NCBI RefSeq assembly: GCF_021869535.1
Contig: NW_026262581.1
Location: forward strand, 74,958,001 to 75,022,000
Direction: 5' to 3'
DNA length: 64,000 bases
Source: Mytilus californianus
Taxonomy: Eukaryota
The notes beneath the pieces are model-generated. The model did not search any database and was not told the DNA's origin. It saw nothing but the letters and a program-made list of their open reading frames with translations. Below are positions 23,282 through 35,400 of the stretch, piece after piece. How positions within the stretch are numbered: the stretch's first letter is position 1; the number at the start of each line of letters is the position of its first letter. The position numbers and the translations under genes were made by a program.

Positions 23282-25059
23282 CACACCTTTTTATTTGTAT
23301 GAGACCAACAAGGCTCCGCACATAACAGATCATGACATACAAGTAGTATAAACTGAAACAGACAATACTCAAGACCAACTCAAACCTCGTAAGATACCAT
23401 TATGTGGCAAAGCGAAATAGGAGATCCACGAAATAACATAACCTTTGAACTTCCATCCAGAGTTTTTAGTTTCACAATAAATCTGTAGCCCGGATTTAAT
23501 TGCTGAAAGAAACGATTATGGTAATGTGAACAGAGGTTTCTTTGAACATTTGGAAGACTTAAATAACTTTGTATGTGAAGACACTTAATATATAATTTGT
23601 GTATCTACTCGGAGTGCAGCAAGATTCATGCAATTTTTCATCTTTGATCGAACTTCTCAGTAACATACAGAACTTCGATTTGCACCTCCGGGCCGGGGCT
23701 AGATATTTTACTTTTATAATATATTTCTGTATTAAATGTAAATGGACCTAACATCATTTCAAACATCTACGATTCAACAAGACTTATCAATAAAATTATT
23801 AACAAACTTTTACCAAATTTACGAAGGTTTATGGTAGCAAAAATTACAGAAAATATAACAGCTTCCTCGTAGCTTTACCCTCCAACGGTCGACCTAACAA
23901 GTCTTGGTTCTTGATTCATTGAGGGTCTTAATATGAGATACTGGTCATTATCCTCGTTTCCATCGTCATTTAATTGGTCTTCCTTCAAATACCTCAAAGG
24001 AAAACTATCTAATAGAATAGAGAATGGCGTCACCAAATACAAGAACTTTCTATTGTCGAGTTACCTGCGGGTTTAATTTTTGTTTAAAAAGAGGAATAAA
24101 TCGGGGGGGGGGGGGGGTATTCTGGCCTGGTTATTTATGTATTACTTTTATTGACACGTTTCTTGACACCACCATAACTTTAGAAAACGGAGTCATGACA
24201 ACCGACCTTCATACCAAAAAAACTGATAAACACCAATTTCTCTCTCCGAAGAGTTGTCACCCAAATCACTGTTCCCGGAGCATCCCGTACAACCAAGCCA
24301 TCAGGTTAAAACGGATTTATTCATCGGAATCAAAACTAAACAACCGTTTGGGACAACTCAGACAGCAACTTAAATCAAGAGGTTATAAGAACAAAAATAT
24401 TTCAGAAGCTTTCGGTAAAGCAAAAGAAAAAGACCGAACAAACCTACTTGAATACAAAGAGAAGACGTCCCAGACAAATAAAATTCCATTTGTTGTCAGC
24501 TTTCATCCTGACCTGACAAATCTTTCATCTATTGTCCACAAACACTGGCGTCTTATTGAAAATGATCCTTCCTTAAAAGAGATTTTTCCATCACCTCCCG
24601 TCATGGCATACCGTAGACCCAAAAACCTCAAAGATATTCTAGTAACATCCAAATTATCTAAACAGGAGATATCGACAATAGGAGGTTATAAACCATGCGG
24701 AAGGGGCAATTGTAATTAAGTGCTGCAAAGTCGCCAACATCGAAACCCAATTCGTCAGCACAGTCACGAAGAAAAAATACAACATATTTACAACATCAAA
24801 TTGCAAAACGCAAAATTGTTTTTATGTTCTAACGTGTGGAACTTGCAAGTTGCAATATGTTGGTGAAACAGAAACCTCATTTAACATCCGACTAAATAAC
24901 CATCGGTCATTTTATACAAAAGAAAGAAACTGCCCAATCACAAGACATCTTTTAAGAGCAGGGCATGATTTTGAAAACGTCACATTTCAAATCATTGAGA
25001 AAAACCAAAATTGGGATACACAAGGAAGACAAAAAAGAGAGGGATTTTGGATGCACCAG

Positions 25060-25095
25060 CAGAGACATATAATACAATTGTATTATATGTCTCTG
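25060..25095. mobile_element. 36-bp perfect palindrome with 7-bp target-site duplication (minimal DNA transposon or footprint)
   Basis: gcaccag (25053-25059) + cagagacatataatacaattgtattatatgtctctg + gcaccag (25096-25102). Removing 43 nt restores ...FWMHQLRTLEPDG. Confidence 0.9.
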
Positions 25096-25392
25096 GCACC
25101 AGTTACGAACTCTTGAACCTGATGGACTCAATGAGAGAGACGAAAAAAGATTTAAAAACAAATCTAAATAACAATCCTGAAATCAGGCAAATTAATTTAT
25201 AGAAATTCATACAATTTATCGAACATCAATAAATATGTTAAACTTTTACTCCAACTTTATGTAGTTGTAGCTACAAACATATTTTTTTATAGAACATCAA
25301 TAAATATGTTAAACTTTTACTAAAATTCTGTGTAGTTTGAGCTACAAAAATATTTTTTTGTCATGCATCCGATTTCACCTTGAGAGATGCAC

Positions 25393-25431
25393 ACGCCTGA
25401 TGAAGCTAATTTGTTTAGCGAAATATTGCGT
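25393..25431 (+). ncRNA. Minimal type I hammerhead ribozyme (canonical C3-G8 core)
   Basis: ACGC-CTGATGA-A-GCTAA-tttgt-TTAGC-GAAA-T-ATT/GCGT: stem I ACGC:GCGT, 5-bp stem II, 2-bp palindromic stem III; predicted cut 25427/25428. Confidence 0.85.
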
Positions 25432-25767
25432 ATTTCTATTTAAAATCTAATATAACTTTTTAATGTATTAATTAGCGTGTTTAAGTTATATTCTTAGACA
25501 TTTATATAATTTTAATTCAGTAACTGTATCAGTTTATTTTCACAAACTGATCCACGCCTAAATAGATTGAATGTTGATTGTTGCTATTTTTAGACATTAT
25601 AAGAGACATTAATTGTCGAAATCCGGATATGGTGTACAAAATTTTTGCACCTCATGTTGCGGTATACCATCTTTTCCACAAGTTCATTGTTTCCTGTTTG
25701 GTAATTAATTAATTATAAGATCCATTTTTTACATCTTGTGATCCGTTTATTTGGCAATCGCCAATGG

Positions 25768-25939
25768 CAGTCAGCAGGGTTTAAGAACATCAGTTGTTCG
25801 ACCTGCTAGTCAAATGCGTTTTGTTAAAATATACTTTTTCACTTTTTTGGTCTTTTGGAAAATGTTGTTTGTGCTGTATTTAGACCCCTCTACAAAGAAA
25901 TTTGTTTTGCATGCACACGTATAAAAATTGCGGTTTTTA
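25768..25939 (+). mobile_element. Fragment of the repeat family at 3509-4385, interrupted by the inverted pLTR
   Basis: Reverse complement of 4205-4385 with few substitutions. Confidence 0.8.
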
Positions 25940-26520
25940 AAAAAGGACGATGCTGTGTACTAAATTATTCTTTATCTTTCCTGCATCTTTTCTCATCTTT
26001 TTCTCATCTTTTTCGTTAAGACCATCAGGTTCTAAAGTGTGGAGTTGGTGGATCCAAAAATTTCCTCTTCTCCTTCTCGAAGTACTTTCCAAATCATAGA
26101 AGTCAACACCGAGTGGGACACCACGGTGAGAAGGAGAAGAGAAAATTTTTGGATCCACCAACTCCACACTTTAGAACCTGATGGTCTTAACAAAAAAGAT
26201 GAGAAAAGATACAGGAAAGATAAAGAATAATTTAGTACACAGCATCGTCCTTTTTATCCTGTAATATTGGCCAATGGACGTTGCTAACTTTAACTACCAA
26301 TTTTGTAAAAATCTTGAACTTCATCCAAATTATGTATTATTTTCAAGCCAGCTAAATTCAAGTGCAACATATACATTGAGCTGCAAAAGTTTCTTATCAT
26401 CTACATCCGATTTCACCTGGATAGATGCACGCTTGATAAAGCTAGTTAGTCTAGCGAAATATTGCGTTTATTTTCATCATTTTGTAAATATTTTAAACAT
26501 TCTTATATTTACATACTAAA
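25940..26520 (+). mobile_element. Solo Penelope-like pLTR (GIY-YIG C-terminus, 3' UTR, hammerhead) with a 5' inverted partial copy
   Basis: STFQIIEVNTEWDTTVRRRRENFWIHQLHTLEPDGLNKKDEKRYRKDKE* (stop 26228-26230). Arms 25940-26078 and 26128-26255 are near-perfect inverted repeats. Confidence 0.85.
26429..26467 (+). ncRNA. Minimal type I hammerhead ribozyme, U3-A8 core variant
   Basis: ACGC-TTGATAA-A-GCTAG-ttagt-CTAGC-GAAA-T-ATT/GCGT; predicted cut 26463/26464. Confidence 0.8.
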
Positions 26521-26551
26521 AAGTGTGTTAAAATTACATTGTTAGGCAATC

Positions 26552-26586
<35 letters not shown>
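26552..26586. repeat. (TA)n microsatellite
   Basis: About 17 TA units with one interruption. Confidence 0.95.
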
Positions 26587-27738
26587 CTTCCCTAGAAAAG
26601 TGCGACGACTTGAACGGACGGACGGTTAGGAAAATGCCTCTATCCCCTTAAACATGATGAATGGTCGGCAAAACAATGACTTAATAATAATAATGATAAC
26701 ACATGCTTTATTTAAAGATGTTAAACGCAGTCAGATACAACGTGACAAAACGTTATCGTTCCTCATTTGACTTCTGATATTTCACGCTAGAGGGTCGTAA
26801 AAAAGGGGGTATGGTAACTAAAGTGGCCATTTAACGATGAACGAACAATTAAAACTTATTTTTATATAAATTTGCACGAAATACGGTTATATTGAGTTTC
26901 AAGCACGATAACACGTGAAATAAAAATTGCACACGCGTTGCACGAAAATAACCCTTTACCCTCTAAATAACACTATATTGAAGACGTCAAAGAATAAGCA
27001 CCTTTTACCTAGATCTGAGTTAACTTGCCCGACAACGCCCGCACCGTCTATGATGCCCGGTCTTAATGGGGTCCTTATCTGTATTCTTAGGGCATTTGTC
27101 TTTATCTTTAAAAATCATGCTTATTCTGTAAATTCTCATGCAAATGATTTTACTATCAACATTTTCTGTAATTATATTTCATTTAATATTACATTGCTCA
27201 TTTCTGTAACCAGTTACTGTATTTTATTGCTGAATTCTGTTATTCTTTGTATTTTGCACCTCACGGATCACGAAAATATAAAAAAAAATAAATATGTAGA
27301 AAAAAGGATCACGATAGCGAAAATTCGCCGATCACGAAGAACGAAAATAACCCATCAGGCCCCTCATTATTGTCTATTCTTTATAGTTTTGATCATTTTT
27401 CTCTATTCATCTTTGTTTAGACCCCATTTATACCCTCGTCTGTTTCGGTTTTAACATTTTTGACTTATCGGCTTATGATACTGAACGGTGCTAGTTTAGG
27501 ATGCCGGCTAGCCGGGTTTGATAAAAAAAACAGCATATTTTGTTATGTACATTGACAAGGGGGTGACAAGTTTTTGGGATGTGGGATTAGTATGGGTGGT
27601 AGAAAAGTGGGGATGTGGGATATAGGTGATAAACAAGAGGGATCTGGGAAAAAGAAGGGGAAAAAAAAGCGGGAAGTGGGAAAAAATTACAAAAAAAGCG
27701 AGATTTTGGAAATGAGCACCTCCGTGTCACCCCCTCAC

Positions 27739-28170
27739 TGACGTCAAAAAAGCACCTTTAACCTTGACGTTATATACACGTGGTTATCGAACCTCGATTT
27801 GACTGAAAGTAACGTCTAAATTCCGCCATAAAAAGACAGAGAAAAAAGTTGTAATTTTTGTCATTTAATGTAGGTATTTTTTAACATTGTAAACTATCAA
27901 CAATACTTAATGGTATCTGCAAAGTACATATTGTGATGAATCAATATGTCAAACTGTACATTCATGATGATGTGTGCCTAAAGAAATCTTGCTAGACGAA
28001 ATTAAATTTCTGGAAATAAACATGTAGAATATGGGCGGGATATAAACAAAGCAATGGCGATACATCGATAAATTCCTATCTTATTATTATATTAAAGATA
28101 CATGTAGAATTCCTGTTTATTATACATTGTAGTTATTTTCGCGGCTGACTGAAGCAGAAAACTTGTAAGT
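27739..28170 (+). promoter_or_regulatory. Candidate promoter and non-coding first exon of the Dmrt-like gene
   Basis: TGACGTCA (27739-27746), CACGTG (27776-27781), GGCGGGA followed by TATAAA (28034-28046), and consensus donor GTAAGT (28165-28170). The DM1 exon has an acceptor 1 nt before its ATG, so an upstream exon is expected. Confidence 0.35.
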
Positions 28171-28782
28171 TGTATGTATAAATGTAAGACAGTGAAAAGA
28201 AAGAATTGGGAGGGGCTTTACCATCGAATATATAATATATAACAACTAACCAAGTGCTTGTGCAGTACACAGGTATGATCAGTAACAAATGGTTAAATAA
28301 GAGACTCATGCAGACAATTCAGGAGAAGGAACAAAAGGGCTATTTTTGATCCCTGGAATCCATGCAACCTGGCTAAACAGAATCCAATAAGTGATTGTAA
28401 GCACAGGAGCGTGGATATATATAGTTTGGATTTTTTTTTCATTGTTTGCACTGAATATATTCAATTTTCCATGAAATATTTGCCACTGGACATTAAGGAA
28501 CCAATAACTGAATAAGCAATAAATCAAAACATTGAGTCTAGTCAAATAATGTTGAAGACATTTAAAACAAATAAACTGCAAAGTAAATTATTTTTACTGG
28601 TGAATTATTGAAAAAATATGTTTTTTTTCAACCACTTTTAAAATGTATCTTATTATTGTGTCTGTTGTTCAAACAAAAATAATAAAAAAATCCAATATTA
28701 AATTACAAAGAAAAGGAGATCAGATGTGGGGTAAACAATGCAAGCATCTTAGATTTTTTCTTTTAATCAAAATTTTGGAAAG

Positions 28783-29240
28783 TGCTTTTGATTGGATCAA
28801 TAGTACTAACTCTTGGTTAGTAACTTTTCCATGAGAGGAATAAGTTGCTTGAGGGATCAAATTCATTGATAATTAGGTATCCAGAAAAGATGCTTACCAA
28901 AAGTTATGCCTTTTATGTAATCTTTAGCATGTATATTTTTCCTCTAAAATCCAAAACAAATTTTTGCACAGTAAATTTCCAATTTGGCAACATATGGTCA
29001 CATATAATGAGAGGAAAGTACTTTTGTTTGGATCAAAAGTACCAACTTTTGGTTAGCAATTTTTCCATAAAATGAATAAGTTGCTAAAGGGATCAATTTC
29101 ATTGATAATGAGGTATCCAGAAAAGTTACTTACCAAAAGTTATATGCCTTTTTTGTAATCATTTGCACATTGTTTTATTTCCCCTAAAATTTTTGCACAG
29201 TAAATTTCCAATTTTGGCACATATGGTCACATATAATAGT
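28783..29240. repeat. Two ~230-bp direct repeats
   Basis: ttggatcaa.agtac.aact...gaataagttgct...aggtatccagaaaag...ttttgcacagtaaatttccaa...atatggtcacatataat occurs twice. Confidence 0.8.
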
Positions 29241-29759
29241 CAACAAAAGAAACGATACAAGGAAATGTATTTTCCATATAAAATGAAATTGGATACACTG
29301 TACCAAGGTCAATAATTGCCCAATTGGTCTAATATTTACAGAGTGTTATTTTCTTATCAAAACCATTGATTTAAGACAAATACGCAAATTTATTTTTTTT
29401 GCAGTTTTTGTTATTTCAAAAATTGTATTTTCACACAAAAATTCAAAAAGTGATATAATAACTTAAAACTTTAAACGTAAACATGGTCTGCTTAAAATTT
29501 TGAATGCATTTGCAGATATTTAAATACTTAATTCTCATCTTCCAAATTAAGTGCCAACTTTTGACATCATTTTCCGCAAAATAAATTTGACCCCTGTGTT
29601 CAATAACATGGTATTTTCTCACTTTCCAATTTTGTCAGATTCTTTTAATCATATGCATTTGCTTTGCAAATGAATGTTTTTCATTGGATAATTCAACAGT
29701 TTTTTCTATTTATTATATTTTATGATAAATTGGAGTTCAATCTTGTGTATCGTTACTTT

Positions 29760-31900
29760 TGTTGACTATAGTATATATTGAGAGGAAGATCTCTATTGAT
29801 TTCGTGGTCACAATCAAAGGTCAAGGCCTTAGTTATTAAAATTAGACCAAAATTTGTGTAATAAAAGAGCCTCTGGATGCAACATCAAATACTACATATG
29901 GGATTGCAACTTTTCTTGGATAAATGGTCAAATATATATGTGATGGAAATCCCTAGTGATTTTGAGGTCACATTATACCTGTAGTGGGAATAAGATCCTT
30001 GTTGATTTTGAGATCAATACCTCAAAGGTCAAGGTAATAGTTACTAAAGATAGACCACAATTAGTACAGACAAGTGGCTGCTGGATGCTAAATCAATTAC
30101 TGTCTATATGGAATAGACACCTTACTTAGATATACAGTCACAATATAATGAAAGGTAGATCCATAAGATATAGATTTTGAGGTCACTATATCTAAGGTAA
30201 GGGTCATAGTTACTAAAAATAGATTTGTGAAATACAGTATAATAATATTAGTCTAAAATCATAACAGAAAAGAATGATACCATAATGTTAACAGAAAACA
30301 ACTGCTATCAGGTCAATAAAAGCTTTCTTGTTTACAGGGGGGTGTTGACTATGTGACCTTGATCACTAAATGGTCTTTAATTATTTCTTGGACCATTCTG
30401 GATTGTAGTGGATCTTACTGAGATTGAAATTTTTTTAAATAAAAGACAAACTATCATTTAAGCATTTTAAATTATAGCCATAACTTTCATGGGTGCATTC
30501 TATTTCTCATCACTTGGCGTCTGTTGTCCGTAGTCATCTGTTTAACTTTTACCATTTTTAAAAATTTTTTGCCTATTATCTCAAAAATTATAATAGATAA
30601 ACAGAAACTTTAGATAGCAAAAATTATTAGGAAGACAAGATCTACAAATCAGTCAACATAACCACAATTGTCAGACTGCTTATTATACCTCACACAACGA
30701 AGTTGGGTAGGGTATAATGTTTTTGACCCGTCTGTCTGTCAGTATGTCTGTCCATCAGTCCGTCTGTCTGTCTGTCCGTCAGTCCTGTCTTTGTCATCAC
30801 AACTCCTGAAACCACACAACAGAATTTCATGAAACTTTGTAAATAATAAGGACATACTGTGTAGATGTGCATATCGACAGGATATTATGATATCAATTTT
30901 TTTCTAGGTGTTATGCCCATTTGAACTTAGAATTTTGGTCTAAATATTCTACTGCAACAGTTTGTCATTGCAACTCCTCTAAAACCACACAACAGCAATT
31001 CATGAAACTTTGTAGTTAATGAAGACATGATATGTAGATGTGCATATCCACAAGAAATTTTTATCAGTTGATTTTTTAGGAGTTATGAGTCTATGAACTT
31101 AGGAATCTGGTGAGATTTTGTTTGCCCAGTCACGGCCAGTGACAATGTTGGGGTGTGGGATATGTGAGCATGCTCACAAAGGTTCTTTAATTAGAGATAT
31201 TGCCCTTAAATGATGATTTTTACCAATTTTTTTTGTGTTATTGACTCATATCTTAAAAACTATGATAGATAAGATAGAATCTTTAAACAGTATAAATGAT
31301 CAGCACAACAGGATCTACAAATAAGTCAACATATCCAAAATCTTCAGTTGACTCCTTATTAGAGTTATTGCCCTTTAATGACGATTTTCCCAATTTTTAT
31401 GCATTTTGGCTTACATCTTAAAAACTATAATAGATATATAGAAACTTTAAAAACAAAAATGATCAGCAAGACAAGATCTACAAATAAGTTAATAAGACAA
31501 ATATTGTTAGTCGATTCCTTATTGAAGTTACTGCCCTTTAATCACCAGTTTCCCATTTTTTCCCATTTTTGCCTATTATTTCGAAAACTGTTGTTGATAA
31601 ATAGAATAATCAGGAAGGTAAGATCTACAAATAAAGCCATATGGCCAAAATCTTCAGTCGACTCGTTTTTGGAGTTATTGCCCTTTAATGATATTTTTTT
31701 TGCATTATGTGCCTATTATCTTGAAAACTTAAGATAATAGAAACTTTAAAAAGAAAAAATTTTCAGTAGGATAAGATAGATCTACAAATATGTCAACATG
31801 ACTGAAATTGTCAGTTAACTCTTAATAGAGTTGTTGCCCTTTAATGATGAGTATTTTGAATATAAAAAGCCCTGCTGTAAGGGGTCTTGTATTAAGGGGA
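29760..31900. mobile_element. Cluster of nested HINE/Helentron-like elements with ~150-bp subrepeats
   Basis: Recurring gatctacaaataagtcaacat and gagttattgccctttaatga units. A nested element at 30683-31188 has a (GTCT)n microsatellite near one end and a perfect tgtgagcatgctcaca palindrome (31163-31178) at the other. Confidence 0.65.
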
Positions 31901-32184
31901 TTGCCATATGATTTCCTTGGTGGGCCAGAAGAATTTTTCTCTGACAGAATATTCTATTCACCCTTCTAGCCTGACTTATTTAGAGGCTAGGCAAAGCAGA
32001 GGATCACTTTTTTTCACTTTTGTACAAACTTTAATAATATCCTGCATTTTGTGGGGCAGAATATTAATTTTTATCTTATCTGGATCAAGAATATTTATTT
32101 TCACTTCTTACAAGGCCAACATATTCATTTCCAAACCCCTCCTATTTTCATTATAACAAGCAGTGTTATCTATTTTTTTTCCAG

Positions 32185-32435
32185 TATGCCTCCAGACTCT
32201 AAACAAAGACAAAGAGAATGTCAAAAATGTCTTGCTCATGGTGTCCATGTTAGATTCAAAGGTCACAAGTTTGGATGTTTTTTTCGTGACTGTCAGTGTC
32301 AACGATGTCAGGTTGTTAGTATAAAACGCCAGAAAAACAAGTTAGTAACTGCTCAGAAAAGACGACTAGAAATGGATAAAGTAAAAAAATTCGAAACAGA
32401 ACAAGCAAATGGGAAAGGAAGTGGAGAAATCTCGG
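32185..32435 (+). CDS. Dmrt: Dmrt-like exon with DM domain 1
   Basis: tttttttccAG|tATG: MPPDSKQRQRECQKCLAHGVHVRFKGHKFGCFFRDCQCQRCQVVSIKRQKNKLVTAQKRRLEMDK...GEIS|GTaata. All 8 Zn ligands in C-x2-C-x2-H-x8-H-x3-C-x4-C-x-C-x2-C spacing. Confidence 0.92.
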
Positions 32436-35400
32436 GTAATATTCTAAGAATAAAAGTAAGATAATTAGATTGTGTTACCTGCTGATGGCAATGGGTAAAA
32501 GCTGTTAGTTACTGGGAAGGAAATATAAATCAGGCAGGCTTCCCCAGAATCAGTTGTTGTTTATCAAGGAATTTAACTTTTTGCATATTTTTAGTGAACG
32601 GTCCCATTGAATAAATACAAAAGCTATTGTTGTCTTTGGAGTTCTTTCTGACAGTTGGAACTTTAAAGTTCTCCTTGGAAAACCAATAATTCATTTATTA
32701 ATTTGGCTGAACTAAAAATAAACTCCTACTGATGAAAATACATATACCAATAAGGACCTGTTCAAAACTGCATGTGATGTTGTATTTATTTAATATCAAC
32801 TAATTTATAAATGTAAACTGTAATAACAGTCTGTTGTTTATACTTGGTTACTAGATTGTATGAGGGAAATATTGACTGCATTGTTAACTCACCTTTAGTT
32901 TGCTCACTATAACCATAATAAACTGATATAATTTTGCAATATGTTCCATTTAAAGCAAAACTGCCTACAGAACCTTTCCCCTTAAATATGTACAAAAGTT
33001 TAATTTTTCAATATGTTCAATAATAACCAAAACAAAGTGAATTTCTGGTATTATGAGAAATTTGTAATGTTCCTGAGTTATTTTGTGACCTCCAAATTAT
33101 CTTAAAATTAGGTACCAATGATTAGGCTGTCCTGAATTTATTCTATGTGTAACATCAATAATAACCCTATAGTTTTGGGAAACAAATGAAAAATAAATAA
33201 ACAATATTAAACAGATGTTTCCTTTCAGAAAATGAGAAATTGACTGGTCTTTCGAACACAAAGACATTTTTCAAACAATGGTCACCCATTTTGATAAGAA
33301 ATTTCAGCTGTTTTGTTATCATTCTTTTGAAATATTAGGTATTATTACTGGACCTCTTAGCTAAGTTTAGCCGCATGAGATGCTATATATTAAATGTTTG
33401 GGGTTTTTTCTTTGTTTATCACTTTTCTCTTTCCCTCTAAGGTTTTGCATGATTTAATTAAAGTTAAAAAAAATTCAAATTGGGACAGCATTTCTATGAA
33501 TTTAGAAGGCCATTTCTTGTGAATCTGTACAAAATGAAGTTCCTGTACATTCATCCATCAGGGGTCCTTCCATCTGGCCTTGTAAACGCACTCACATGCA
33601 CAGTTCTTGCCATATTTTTATCAAACTTATATCAGAGGTTTATATTAGCAATGTCTTAGACAAGTTCGAAAATCAGTGCAGATCAAATATATTTAAAAGA
33701 GTTATATACCCTTGGATATATTAATTTTCAAACCTACATTTATATCCTATTTCTAGACAAATTTAAATATAAAAATTATAGCATCTTTAAAATGAATGAC
33801 TATACTTGTTGGGGAACACAAAAAAAATCCTGTAATTTAAAGTAGATTTTTTTTCAAATCAAACAAAAGGAATAATCATAAAAAATGATTTTCTATTTCT
33901 AAATGACTAATTCCTCAACAGAAGTCTGGTGACTTAAACATTTTGGTGATTTTCATGACTTCCAAGTGGAGATAACTCTAGATAAATTTAGTGAAAATTA
34001 AGTGATTCATCATTTTCTTTTAAAACTTTTACTTGTTAGCTGCCAATGATAGAAAAAATATTCATTAGTTTATGCTGATTAATTTTTAGATATATTGCCT
34101 GTAAATAACCTCTATTGGAGTAGTGTCTTCAGATTAATTGTTGATTTGGTTTAGATTTATAAAGATCTATTCTTTATATGTAACTGGAGTGCATGATTCT
34201 TATTAGAAAATCACATTGTCTCCTCCAGGACTCAAACCCAAGATCTCTGTTCCAAGTCGGTGCTCTAACCGACAGAGCTTAAGAAGAAATTCCCTAGCTC
34301 GATTACTGCCTAAAGCTGGCTAAGTATCTACTACTCATGGGAAGCAATCCTGTCACGCATAAGATGCGACAGTATCTGAGTTTCACAATAGTTAAAACTT
34401 GCATTCATAATTTTAGAAGTGATTTTCCTTCACAAAATATTGGCAATTGCATTATATAGACCTCAGGTTTTTACCAGTTATCACAGTGGGAAATCTAGTG
34501 GCTGAGAACAATAGAAAATTCACTCTTCTTGTGAAGAAGTCGAGAAAATCAATAATAAAACAATGCCTGTCAGGATCAAAATTTTTTTTTGAACAACAAG
34601 CGTAAAATTTAAAGAAATTATTTGTTAAACTGTGTTTTTAGAAATATACATGCAAATACACAATGTTTAATGTTCAGTATAGATTTAGATTATAAATTGC
34701 ATTAGAAGCTTGTGAAACTGAAAAATGAAAAATGTTAATCTTTGACTGCATATTAATAAAACAAATTGAAAAAGAAAACATGCACATACTAGATTAAATC
34801 TAAAGACCTTTCAGGCCACCAATTTTGAATTGTTCCCCAAAGTCCTTATTGCTGCATGTTACAATTTCCCAAAATTTACCTATTTTTCACATCAAAGTTT
34901 TTCAACTATACCAGTCTGCTCTTGTCAACTACACAGAGAACAATAGCTATTGTATTTATTCAATGGGACACTAGAACTGACAAAAGTTTAAATACCTTAC
35001 CAAGAGGAGATGATTCTATGGAAAAGTTTCATTTGGTTCGCAATAATCTTTGTTGCATATCAATCGATTCCTTTGGAATTTTTCCTGAAATTCTCTGATC
35101 TAGCTGCATACATATACAGATAATTGCCATGTTCCAGAGAGGTATACAGCCAGTAGAAAAATAAATTGAAATTGTTACTCCAGCAATATTTTAAACCAAT
35201 TTTACACCAAGCTCCTATAGCCTGCTGTATTTGTCATTTGCCATTTCAAGGGGGAAATCGGAGGTGGATTTAGGGGGTGGGGCCCAGGGTGGGTCCGGGC
35301 ACCCTGGGCCCCACCCACTAATTTCTGAATTTACAGTATTTAAAGGGGGAAATCGGAGGTGGATTTAGGGGGTGGGGCCCAGGGTGCCTGGACCCACCCT

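Larger units (their letters stand above)
24156..25480 (+). mobile_element. 5'-truncated Penelope-like element (Neptune-type Cys linker): RT thumb, GIY-YIG endonuclease, pLTR with hammerhead; disrupted
   Basis: TFLDTTI..TDLHTK.TDKHQFL...SCHP..SIPYNQAIRLKRI; linker PCGRGNC[4-nt insertion]KCC; CFYVLTCGTCKLQYVGET...RLNNHRS...HLLRAGH...FWMHQLRTLEPDGLNE; stop at 25169-25171. Confidence 0.9.

Noticed and set aside
26927-27454. 175-aa ORF with hydrophobic stretches
   Set aside because: Starts at TTG, overlaps repeat ends, has AT-rich low-complexity composition and no motif.
33229-33340. Possible extra Dmrt exon (tttcctttcAG|ENEKLTG...), and another at about 35120
   Set aside because: Acceptors are plausible but there is no good phase-1 donor; the direct 32435-36134 splice is already in frame. 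Cannot be excluded as a minor terminal exon.
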